NCBI GenBank assembly: GCA_963783665.1
Contig: CAWANZ010000007.1
Location: 92,793-156,792 of the forward strand
Reading direction: 5' to 3'
DNA length: 64,000 nucleotides
Origin: Candidatus Aminicenantes bacterium
GTDB taxonomy: Bacteria; Acidobacteriota; Aminicenantia; Aminicenantales; UBA4085
In this document: piece by piece, positions 1 through 7,772 of the stretch
Layout of the letters: each line of letters begins with the position of its first letter
How positions within the stretch are numbered: position 1 is the first letter of the stretch
Position numbers and translations under genes: made by a program
Notes under the pieces: generated by a model
What the model was told of the DNA's origin: nothing
Seen by the model: the letters and a program-made list of their open reading frames with translations, nothing else
Databases searched by the model: none

Positions 1-1
1 C

Positions 2-1705
2 CTGCCGCCCCGGTTCAAGGCGACCCTGTCCAAAATCGACGGGAAAAAGGCCAAGATCGCCGACGGCGATTCGGCCCGGTCAATCGTCGACGCCCTTAAG
101 GGCGCCGCATATGTCGTCCGGAATATTACCGTCACGGAAAAGAAGCGGAATCCGGCCCCGCCTTACATCACCAGCACCCTCCAGCAGGAAGCCTTCCGGC
201 TTCTCCGCTTTCCGGTCAAAAAGACGATGTCCGTCGCCCAGAAGCTTTACGAAGGACTGCCCCTCGGCGAGCGGGGCCCGATGGGCCTCATCACTTACAT
301 GCGAACCGATTCGGTCCGGATCTCGGCCGAGGCCCAGGAGTGGGCCCGGACGTACATAACCAAAACGTATTCTCCCCGCCATGTCCCGGCCCAACTGCGG
401 GTCTATGCCAATAAAAGCCAGGCCCAGGACGCCCACGAGGCCGTCCGGCCGACGTCACCCGAGCTGACCCCGGATGTGGTCCGGCCGTATCTCAAGAAAG
501 AGGAGTTCAGCCTCTACCAGCTGATCTGGAACCGCTTCCTGGCTTCCCAGATGAGCTCGGCGATCCTCGAGGAAACCGCCCTGGATATCTCCGCCGGCGA
601 AAAATTTCTGTTCACGGCCAAGGGGGGCGTGGTCAAGTTCAAGGGCTGGTGGGAGCTTTATCCCAAGCGGGAAGAGGACGAGGAAGACGAGCTCCCTCCG
701 GTCAAGAAGGACGAAACGCTGAAGCTGGCCGAGCTCGAGCCAAAGCAGAGCTTCACCCAGCCGCCGGCCCGGTTCACCGAGGGCACGCTGGTGAAGGAGC
801 TCGAAGCCCGGGGCATCGGGCGCCCTTCGACGTACGCCCCGATCATCTCCACCCTCCAGAGCCGGGTCTACGTCATCAAGGAAGAGAACAAGTTCGTCCC
901 GACGGACCTGGGGATGTTCGTGACCGATTTTCTGGTCAAGCTGTTCCCCGACCTGATGGAATACGAGTTCACGGCCTTGATGGAAGAGGAGCTGGACCAG
1001 GTGAGCGAAGGGACCCTGGATTGGGTCGGGGCGATGCGGGATTTCTACGCGCGCCTGGAGAAGGACCTGGCCGTCGGGGCCAAGGTCGAAAGCGTGGCCG
1101 GGACCGGAATCCCGATCAACGAAACATGCCCGAAGTGCGGCAAGCAGCTGGTCAACAAGGGCGGCAAGTTCGGCCGGTTCAAGTCCTGCTCCGGCTACCC
1201 GGAATGCGATTATTCCGACGACCTGTACAAGAAGGAGCCCGTCCCGCTCGAGGAAAAGTGTCCGACCTGCGGAGCGAACCTGGTTCAGCGAATCGGCCGT
1301 TACGGGATGTTCATCTCCTGCAGCGATTATCCGAAGTGCAAATACATCAAGAAGAAGGAAAAGGTCGATACCGGGATTCCTTGTCCCCGTGACTGCGGCG
1401 GGACGATCCTCAAGCGCAAGACCAAGCGGGAGAAGTTTTTCTACGGTTGCAGCTCTTTTCCCAAGTGCCGGTTTGCGACTTGGGACGAGCCCCTGAAGGA
1501 GCCCTGCCCCAAGTGCGGCAAATCGTTCATCCTTCAGAAATCGACGAAAAAAGACGGGACGTACAAATATTGCGTCGACGAAATCTGCGGCTGGCGCGAC
1601 CCGGCCGTCCCGGTGCCTCAACCGGAGAAAGAACTTACCGCTGAGCCGAAAGAGCCGGAACCGGCTCCGGCCTCGGGTTCCGGCGAAGAGCCCGCGGCTT
1701 CTTGA
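2..1705 (+). CDS. topA: DNA topoisomerase I, C-terminal ~567 aa (5' end upstream of window)
   Basis: The frame is open from nt 2 and runs into the listed 227..1705 ORF. Type IA core motifs are present (PPYITSTLQQEA, LITYMRTDS). They are followed by repeated CxxC...CxxC zinc-ribbon modules (CPKCG/CSGYPEC, CPTCG/CSDYPKC, CPKCG). Confidence 0.95.
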   Translation: MPPRFKATLSKIDGKKAKIADGDSARSIVDALKGAAYVVRNITVTEKKRNPAPPYITSTLQQEAFRLLRFPVKKTMSVAQKLYEGLPLGERGPMGLITYMRTDSVRISAEAQEWARTYITKTYSPRHVPAQLRVYANKSQAQDAHEAVRPTSPELTPDVVRPYLKKEEFSLYQLIWNRFLASQMSSAILEETALDISAGEKFLFTAKGGVVKFKGWWELYPKREEDEEDELPPVKKDETLKLAELEPKQSFTQPPARFTEGTLVKELEARGIGRPSTYAPIISTLQSRVYVIKEENKFVPTDLGMFVTDFLVKLFPDLMEYEFTALMEEELDQVSEGTLDWVGAMRDFYARLEKDLAVGAKVESVAGTGIPINETCPKCGKQLVNKGGKFGRFKSCSGYPECDYSDDLYKKEPVPLEEKCPTCGANLVQRIGRYGMFISCSDYPKCKYIKKKEKVDTGIPCPRDCGGTILKRKTKREKFFYGCSSFPKCRFATWDEPLKEPCPKCGKSFILQKSTKKDGTYKYCVDEICGWRDPAVPVPQPEKELTAEPKEPEPAPASGSGEEPAAS

Positions 1706-1977
1706 CCCGGCGATCGTTCCTCGAAAAATTATTGACACCTTGGGCGTGACCCTGTTAACCCGCACAATTCATAAAAATTTTTTCTTGTATTTTTTTTGTT
1801 ATTATTAGAAAGATGGTTATGTGTTTTTACCCTTCGGGCAAGCCGATATGGCCGCATCTGCTTCGTTGCGAAGGGCTTGCAGTGCGACTAGCACAGCTTC
1901 GCCCTCCGCGCCTTGCATCTGCAGCCATCTCGACTTGTGAATTGGGCAGGTTATAATAAGAAGCGAGGCGTGAATTC

Positions 1978-2673
1978 ATGAGCGACGACCGCCCCAAGGG
2001 GAAAATCAAGGTGACGAGGAATGGCCCGTACATCGTGACCGGGTGCGTCCCCCTGGCCGAGGCCCTGATCGTCATCGGCGCGGATGGGGAGCCCGAGCGC
2101 TGGGAAAAAGGACGGGAATATCCGGTCGCCGCGAGCTACGCCCTGTGCCGGTGCGGGGCCACAAAAAACGCCCCGTTTTGTGACGGCACCCACCTGAAAG
2201 CCGGCTTCGACGGGAAGGAAACTGCGGGGAACGCGCCTTACCTGGACGAGGCCGAAAAAACCGTAGGGCCCGAGGTCGACCTGACCTGGTCGGCGAAAAT
2301 CTGCGCCCTGGCCAGGTTTTGCCATCGCGGCGGTGACGCCTGGACGCTGGCCGAAGCGTCCGACAAATCCGAAAACCGCGACCTGGCCGTTCAGGAATCC
2401 TGCGATTGCCCGTCCGGCTCGCTCGTCGCCTGGGACAAGAAGACCGGGCAGCCCATCGAACCGGAGCTTTCTCCTTCTATCGGACTGATCGAAAACCGGG
2501 AGTCCGGGGCGAGCGGCCCGCTTTGGGTCAAAGGCGGAATCCCCGTCGAATCAGCTGACGGAACGGTCTACGAGATCCGAAACCGCGTCACCCTTTGCCG
2601 TTGCGGCGCCTCCGAAAACAAGCCATTCTGCGACGGTGCCCATGTCGGCTGCGCCTTCAAATCCGGCCGGTAA
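1978..2673 (+). CDS. CDGSH-type iron-sulfur domain protein
   Basis: Two CDGSH signatures (CRCGATKNAPFCDGTH and CRCGASENKPFCDGAH). A GAGG lies upstream of the ATG. Confidence 0.85.
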   Translation: MSDDRPKGKIKVTRNGPYIVTGCVPLAEALIVIGADGEPERWEKGREYPVAASYALCRCGATKNAPFCDGTHLKAGFDGKETAGNAPYLDEAEKTVGPEVDLTWSAKICALARFCHRGGDAWTLAEASDKSENRDLAVQESCDCPSGSLVAWDKKTGQPIEPELSPSIGLIENRESGASGPLWVKGGIPVESADGTVYEIRNRVTLCRCGASENKPFCDGAHVGCAFKSGR

Positions 2674-2782
2674 GCCGCTTCTTTCCATATCCGTATCGCG
2701 GGCGGTTTGAGAAAAACGCCCTCTCCTCCCGTCTTTTCTTTTTGGAAGGCGTACTCCTTAACTTGTGAATAATGCAGGTGAT

Positions 2783-2810
2783 TTGACAATTACACATAAA
2801 CGTGTATATT
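2783..2810 (+). promoter_or_regulatory. sigma70-like promoter with an internal palindrome upstream of hicA
   Basis: TTGACA (2783-2788), 16-nt spacer, TATATT (2805-2810). The spacer contains tacac-ataaac-gtgta. The hicA ATG lies only 4 nt after the -10 element, so the mRNA may be leaderless. Confidence 0.4.
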
Positions 2811-2814
2811 AACG

Positions 2815-2994
2815 ATGCGACGCAAGAAGTTGGAATCGAGGCTCCGGGAGGCTGGATGGAAGCTCATTCGTCGGGGCGGCCGTCATGATATTTGGGCTTG
2901 TAACGAGCTCGAACTGCCGGTTCCCCGGCATCGAGAGATTAATGAGTACACGACGAACGCAATTTTAAGGGTAGCGGAAAAAGGAAGGCCATGA
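2815..2994 (+). CDS. hicA: HicA-family mRNA interferase toxin (59 aa, not in the supplied ORF track)
   Basis: Own translation: MRRKKLESRLREAGWKLIRRGGRHDIWACNELELPVPRHREINEYTTNAILRVAEKGRP. It has a YcfA/HicA-like layout. The stop overlaps the hicB start in an ATGA. Confidence 0.8.
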   Translation: MRRKKLESRLREAGWKLIRRGGRHDIWACNELELPVPRHREINEYTTNAILRVAEKGRP

Positions 2995-3449
2995 GGTTTG
3001 CGGGCCGGGTGTTTAAAGTCGGGAAGTTGTGGGCGGTTGAAATCCCGGTTCTTGATGTGACAACCCAGGGAAAAACGTGCGTGGACGCTCTGGCGATGAT
3101 CTCGGATGCCGTGGAGGCGCTTGTCGACCGCCCCGGCTTTTCGGTGGACGTCTATCCCGGACCGACGGGCGAGTTTGAGATCGGGGCCTCCGACGAAGCC
3201 GCTTTAACGGCCCTGCTCTTGCGACGAGCCCGGCTCCGGGCCGGTTTGAGCCTTTCTCAGGTTGCCGCCCGCCTTGGGGAAAAATCCATCAACGGATATG
3301 CCCGGTACGAGCAAGGTCGGTCCGTTCCGAGCGTCGAAAAGCTGTCCAAGCTCTATGCCGCGGTCAGTCCGGCCGGGGATTTTGTCATCGACGACAGCCG
3401 GGCCGGGACCCGGAAGGATACCTTTCGCCGCCGTATTCCTTTACAATGA
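2991..3449 (+). CDS. hicB: HicB-family antitoxin with C-terminal XRE-type HTH
   Basis: HicB-like N-terminal domain plus an HTH (LSLSQVAARLGEKSINGYARYEQGRSVPSVEKLSKL). Translationally coupled to hicA. Confidence 0.8.
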   Translation: MRFAGRVFKVGKLWAVEIPVLDVTTQGKTCVDALAMISDAVEALVDRPGFSVDVYPGPTGEFEIGASDEAALTALLLRRARLRAGLSLSQVAARLGEKSINGYARYEQGRSVPSVEKLSKLYAAVSPAGDFVIDDSRAGTRKDTFRRRIPLQ

Positions 3450-3480
3450 GTTCGAGCCGGGATAACCGGCTCTTCGGCTT

Positions 3481-4365
3481 ATGCGCAAAGACATCGACGA
3501 ATTTCTCGAGTATCTCCGGCACGAGCGGAATGCCTCGGCCCATACGATCGCCGCCTACCGGCGGGACCTCCATCAGCTGGCCGTCTATCTCGAGGGCCGG
3601 AGAATCCGCCTGTCGGGCATCGATAACGTCGTTCTCCGAGGCTGGATGGCCGAGCTTCATGACCGGCGGCTCGCGAAAACTTCGGTCGTTCGGAAACTGG
3701 CCGCCGTCCGGTCCTTTTTCCAATATTGCCTGAAGAACCGGATTTGCGAAGACAATCCGGCCAAGATCGTGACCCGCCCCAAGCTCGACAGCCCCGTTCC
3801 CGGCTTTCTCTCCGAAGGTGAGATCGGCGAATTTCTGGACCTGCCCGATAAAAAATCCCGGCTCGGCCCTCGGGACAGGGCGATCTTCGAGCTTTTTTAC
3901 GCGTCCGGTATCCGGGTCAGCGAGCTGGTCGGGCTCGATATGGCCGACGTCGGGCTGGACGAACGGCTCGTCCGGGTCCGGGGCAAGGGACGAAAAGAAC
4001 GGATCGTGCCGTTCGGCCGGACCGCGGCCGAATGCCTCCTCGCCTATGTCGAAAAGCGTCCCACCCTGCTCGGAGAGCGCTTCGACGAAGCCGCCTTGTT
4101 TTTAAATTATCGGGGCGAGCGGCTGACGACCCGATCGGTCGAGCGGCTGGTGGCGAAGTACATCAAGCAAACATCGATCCGGCGGAAAATCAGCCCTCAC
4201 TCTCTGCGGCATTCGTTCGCCAGCCATCTCCTCGGCCGCGGGGCCGATCTCCGGGTGATCCAGGAGCTCCTCGGCCACGAAAGCCTGGGGACGACCCAAA
4301 AATACACCCACATCGACCTGCCGCAGCTTCTCGACGTTTACCGCAAAAGCCATCCGAGAGCCTGA
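3481..4365 (+). CDS. xerC: tyrosine site-specific recombinase XerC/XerD
   Basis: SAM-like N-terminal domain (TIAAYRRDLHQL). Catalytic residues: R (ASGIRVSEL), HxxR (HSLRHSFASHLL) and Tyr (TQKYTHI). Confidence 0.9.
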   Translation: MRKDIDEFLEYLRHERNASAHTIAAYRRDLHQLAVYLEGRRIRLSGIDNVVLRGWMAELHDRRLAKTSVVRKLAAVRSFFQYCLKNRICEDNPAKIVTRPKLDSPVPGFLSEGEIGEFLDLPDKKSRLGPRDRAIFELFYASGIRVSELVGLDMADVGLDERLVRVRGKGRKERIVPFGRTAAECLLAYVEKRPTLLGERFDEAALFLNYRGERLTTRSVERLVAKYIKQTSIRRKISPHSLRHSFASHLLGRGADLRVIQELLGHESLGTTQKYTHIDLPQLLDVYRKSHPRA

Positions 4366-4514
4366 CCGGGCGGCGGGACCTGGCTGATTCGGATGATTCC
4401 TGTTGTCGCTTATCGTTGACGCGCGCGTCGCGGAACGCCTACCGAGGTTGTCTCAAGTCGAACGATTATTTTAATAAGTATTACATTATAAATAAATTAA
4501 AATCCTTTCGAATT

Positions 4515-4530
4515 TGGCATGCCGGCCGCT
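4515..4530 (+). promoter_or_regulatory. possible sigma54-type -24/-12 element upstream of the ComEA-like gene
   Basis: TGGCATGccggCCGCTT has GG and GC at the consensus 10-nt offset of TGGCACG-N4-TTGCW. The -12 TTGC is degenerate (CCGC). Confidence 0.25.
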
Positions 4531-4557
4531 TATATCTAGGACGAAAGGAGGCTCGAC

Positions 4558-4869
4558 ATGAAGAGCTTATTGGCGAAAGGCATGGCGCTCAGCGTCATCG
4601 CGGCCCTCTTGGTTCTTCCGGCCCTGGCCGGGACTGCCCAAACGGCCGAAAAAAAAGGCGGCGATAAAGTCGCCGCGGAGAAGGTCAACTTGAACACGGC
4701 GACGACGGACGAGCTGCAGACGCTGCCCGGCGTCGGGGCTAAGGTCGCTCAGCGGATCGTCGAATTCCGCAAAACGAACGGCCCGTTCAAGAAGATCGAA
4801 GACCTGATGAAGGTCCGGGGAATCGGCGAGAAAACGTTCCTCAAGTTCAAGGACCGGCTGATGGTCTAG
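4558..4869 (+). CDS. comEA: ComEA-like helix-hairpin-helix DNA-binding protein (secreted or anchored)
   Basis: Signal/anchor peptide followed by the HhH motif region LNTATTDELQTLPGVGAKVAQRIVEFR...GIGEKTF. GGAGG RBS. Confidence 0.8.
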   Translation: MKSLLAKGMALSVIAALLVLPALAGTAQTAEKKGGDKVAAEKVNLNTATTDELQTLPGVGAKVAQRIVEFRKTNGPFKKIEDLMKVRGIGEKTFLKFKDRLMV

Positions 4870-4908
4870 GGTTCGGCGCTCCCTCCTTGCGGGTTATTTC
4901 CTGCATTC

Positions 4909-4945
4909 AGGCCCTTCCCCGAAAGGGGAAGGGCCTCCCTTATTT
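4909..4945. terminator. bidirectional intrinsic terminator between comEA and rdgB
   Basis: 12-bp perfect stem aggcccttcccc-gaaa-ggggaagggcct, followed by a T-rich tract. Confidence 0.7.
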
Positions 4946-4957
4946 TACCTGTAATAT

Positions 4958-5569
4958 TCACGAGCCGAGATAGAGGGGGAGCCGGCGAATCATTGCCGCC
5001 AGAGCCCGGCCCCGGTGGCTGACGGAATTCTTTTCTGTCGGGGAAACTTCGGCAAATGTCCGGCGAAGGGGATGATAATAAAAAACGGGATCGTACCCGA
5101 AGCCGTTTTTGCCGCACGGCTCCGGGGCGATGGTCCCCCGGACGGTTCCGCGGACGACCTCGAGAATCCGGCCGTCGCGGGCCAGCGCCATGGCGCAGAC
5201 GAATCGGGCCCGGCGCCGGTTCCGGGGAACGGCCGCGAGGAGGCGGAGAACCTTGGCCACGTTGCGGGAGTCGGTCGCGGCCGGTCCGGAAAAACGGGCG
5301 GAGTAAACGCCAGGTTTTCCTCCCAAGGCTTCGATTTCGAGGCCGGAATCTTCGGCCAGTGTCAGGCAACCGCTGCGGCGGCTGTAGAATTCGGCTTTTT
5401 CCCGGGCGTTGGCTTCGAACGTCAATCCTTTCTCGGGGCACGGAAGGTCGATCCCGGCCTCCGAAAGGGAGAGGACGCGGAGGGGGAAAGCTGAAAAGGC
5501 GGCGGCGATTTCCCGGGCTTTTCCGCGGTTTGTCGTGGCGACCAGGAGAACGGATTTTCGCGGCGCCAC
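4958..5569 (-). CDS. rdgB: non-canonical purine NTP pyrophosphatase (dITP/XTP), RdgB/HAM1 family
   Basis: VLLVATTNRGKAREI..., FGYDPVF and SHRGRA motifs typical of RdgB. Confidence 0.9.
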   Translation of the reverse strand: MAPRKSVLLVATTNRGKAREIAAAFSAFPLRVLSLSEAGIDLPCPEKGLTFEANAREKAEFYSRRSGCLTLAEDSGLEIEALGGKPGVYSARFSGPAATDSRNVAKVLRLLAAVPRNRRRARFVCAMALARDGRILEVVRGTVRGTIAPEPCGKNGFGYDPVFYYHPLRRTFAEVSPTEKNSVSHRGRALAAMIRRLPLYLGS

Positions 5570-5575
5570 GGCCGA

Positions 5576-6484
5576 TCAGCGCCCGACGGCGTCCTTGAAA
5601 AAGGCGAGGGCGAACAGGGCGACAAGAAAGATCGCGTACAGGGCGTATTTCGGCCGGACGAACAGCTGCTCCGGCTCTTCCATCACTTCGGCCTCGCGGA
5701 GCGTCTTGCGGAAAATCAAACCGAAGAAGAACAGGAGGAACGGGGCGATGGCATAAAACGATTGAAGCCGGTAATCCCAGGCGAAATAGAGAAAGGCTAG
5801 CAGGCAGATAACCGCGCTGGCGGTCATCCCCGCGACCAGGGATGTCCGCGTGTACTTCCGGTGGGAAACACGGTATTCGCCGGCTTTGTCCTTGAGGAAG
5901 CGGAATTCCGACAACCGCTTGGCGATCATGAGAAAATTGCCGAAGGCCCACCAGCAGACGAGGACGGACAGGGGCGGCAGCTCCCCAATCACGGCCAAGG
6001 CCGACCAGCCGATCATGAACCGGATCGGATTGTTGACCGATTCGGATATCGAGTCGAAGAAGGGAATGTCCTTGGCCCGGATCGGGCGGACGTTATAAAT
6101 GACGCCGGCGACCAGGAGCAAGAGCAGGCCGAGGAACAAGGTCCGGTTGAAGAGAAGACCGGCCGCGCCCAGGCAGACGGCCGCAAGGACGAGGCCGATC
6201 ACGGCGAAGGGGCGCTGCCGGATTTCGCCGCTGACGAGGGGCCGGAGCCGCTTGGTTGGATGATGAACATCAAAGGGGCGATCGACGATCTCGTTGAGAA
6301 CGTAGTTGGCCGTCGAGATGCCCCAGGTGAGAAGGAACGCCGCCGCCAGCCGCCAGGCGATCTCCAGGGCGGAGAACACGGCGGCTTCGTCCCGGTGGAG
6401 GAAAACGAAAACGGCCGTCCCGATGAAAATGGCCAGGCTCCGGGGCCAGCGCTCCAGCCGGAGGGCCCGAAGATAGGCGTTCAC
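5576..6484 (-). CDS. UbiA-family polyprenyl/prenyl-phosphate transferase (integral membrane)
   Basis: About 8 hydrophobic segments and the Asp-rich motif NEIVDRPFD (NxxxDxxxD). I place the start at GTG 6484, which overlaps the upstream methyltransferase stop in a GTGA. The longer track ORF (to 6736) runs inside that gene. Confidence 0.8.
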   Translation of the reverse strand: MNAYLRALRLERWPRSLAIFIGTAVFVFLHRDEAAVFSALEIAWRLAAAFLLTWGISTANYVLNEIVDRPFDVHHPTKRLRPLVSGEIRQRPFAVIGLVLAAVCLGAAGLLFNRTLFLGLLLLLVAGVIYNVRPIRAKDIPFFDSISESVNNPIRFMIGWSALAVIGELPPLSVLVCWWAFGNFLMIAKRLSEFRFLKDKAGEYRVSHRKYTRTSLVAGMTASAVICLLAFLYFAWDYRLQSFYAIAPFLLFFFGLIFRKTLREAEVMEEPEQLFVRPKYALYAIFLVALFALAFFKDAVGR

Positions 6485-7389
6485 GCAGTTCCGTCCTTCA
6501 CGGCGTAGATTTCGAACGAATCGCCGAGCGACAATTTTATCGGGATCCGGCGAAGAAAAAAAGATGCCCGGATTCGGGTGAAGATCCGGAGCGGCTTGAG
6601 GCGGGACACGAGGTAATGCAGGCTGAACGTCCAGGCGTAGCGCCGGTGATCCAGAATCCGGAACCCGGCCTCCTCTAAGAGGACACGGAGGCTTTCCTTT
6701 GAAAAATAGGCCACGTGTCCCGGCCGGAGGTGCCACCAGCGCCGCCCGGACAACCGGGCCAACCGGCTGTGGATGTCGGGCGTGACGAGGCAGAGGATGC
6801 CGCCGGGTGCAAGGATCGAAAAGGCCTTGGCTGCGGCTGCGGCCGGCCGGGGCGTGTGCTCGATGAAATCGACCATCGTCACGGCCTGAAACGACGCGGC
6901 CCGGATCGCGATGTCTTCGAATCCGCCTTCGCGGAGGACAATCCCGTGTTTTTCCGAAGCGAAGCGGACGGCCCAGGCGCTCGGGTCGACACCGTCGACA
7001 TCCCAGCCGCGCCGACGGGCCGCGTCGCAGAGAATGCCCGTGGCCGCGCCGACGTCGAAGAGCCGTCCGCGTTCGGGCCGGAGGGCGTCCAACCGGTCCA
7101 GGATGGGGAGAAAATTCTGCGTTCGGCCCTCAGCCTCCTGGTCATACAACGGATCTTCGACCCGCCCGTACAGGGCCGAGAGAAAATCCGGGGCGGGGGC
7201 GGGATCGGCGAAGATATGGCCGCAGGTCGAGCAGGCGGAGAGGTTCCAGATCTTGCCGTATTCGCTGTCCGTGATCTTGATCTGCTCGGGAGAGAGGCCC
7301 TCGTAAGCGAAATTCCCTTTTTTCCAGAGGGCGATATCCCGGCCGCGGCAAACGGGGCAGCCGTCCGGCCGGAGAAAGGTCCCCGTCAT
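6481..7389 (-). CDS. class I SAM-dependent methyltransferase with N-terminal Cys4 zinc ribbon
   Basis: CPVCRG...CSTCGH ribbon, SAM motif I (LFDVGAATG) and a 4-nt overlap with the upstream response regulator gene. Confidence 0.8.
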   Translation of the reverse strand: MTGTFLRPDGCPVCRGRDIALWKKGNFAYEGLSPEQIKITDSEYGKIWNLSACSTCGHIFADPAPAPDFLSALYGRVEDPLYDQEAEGRTQNFLPILDRLDALRPERGRLFDVGAATGILCDAARRRGWDVDGVDPSAWAVRFASEKHGIVLREGGFEDIAIRAASFQAVTMVDFIEHTPRPAAAAAKAFSILAPGGILCLVTPDIHSRLARLSGRRWWHLRPGHVAYFSKESLRVLLEEAGFRILDHRRYAWTFSLHYLVSRLKPLRIFTRIRASFFLRRIPIKLSLGDSFEIYAVKDGTA

Positions 7390-7772
7390 GGAGGAGAACC
7401 CGCCGAGGCGAGCGCCTTGGCCGCGGCGGCCCGGATGTCCGCCGGGGTGAAGGGTTTCGTGATGTACGCGACGGCGCCCATTTTCAGGGATTCCTCGGCC
7501 GTCCGGTGGGTCGGGTATCCGGTGATCATGAGAACCGGCGTATGGGGGCGGTATTCCCGAAACGATTTGAGGAGGTCGAGCCCGCTCAGCCCGGGCATCA
7601 TCAAGTCGCAGATGATCAGGTCATAACGAACCGCGACCATGCGGATCAGGGCGTCCTCACCGGATAAAACGGTCTCGATCTCGACGTCATCGGAAGCCAG
7701 GGCCAAGGCGATGCCCTGGGCGACGCTGCGCTCGTCGTCGACGACCAGGATCCTGCGTTTCGCCTCGGTCAT
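7386..7772 (-). CDS. single-domain response regulator (receiver only)
   Basis: ILVVDDE, phospho-acceptor context DLIICDLMMPG, ITGY and KPF. Confidence 0.9.
   Translation of the reverse strand: MTEAKRRILVVDDERSVAQGIALALASDDVEIETVLSGEDALIRMVAVRYDLIICDLMMPGLSGLDLLKSFREYRPHTPVLMITGYPTHRTAEESLKMGAVAYITKPFTPADIRAAAAKALASAGSPP

Noticed and set aside
455-1765. Long antisense ORFs overlapping well-supported genes. Examples: 455..1765(-), 4866..5951(-), 6715..7626(+), 8378..9250(+), 15778..16767(+), 24111..25193(+), 29629..30807(-), 55621..56733(+), 60404..61252(+).
   Set aside because: They are Arg/Gly/Pro-rich shadow ORFs of the kind expected in GC-rich DNA. They have no recognisable motifs, and each lies opposite a gene with clear family signatures.
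1827-1977. Sequence upstream of the CDGSH gene with motifs (gcatctgc..., ccttgcatctgcagcc) vaguely like the tRNA-trailer repeat family.
   Set aside because: The similarity is limited to short GC-rich words, and I could not align a convincing unit by eye. A genome-wide repeat search would be needed.
3481-4365. The tyrosine recombinase as the integrase of a mobile element next to hicAB.
   Set aside because: The sequence is full-length XerC/XerD-like, in the common topA-proximal context. There are no flanking repeats, excisionase or cargo genes.
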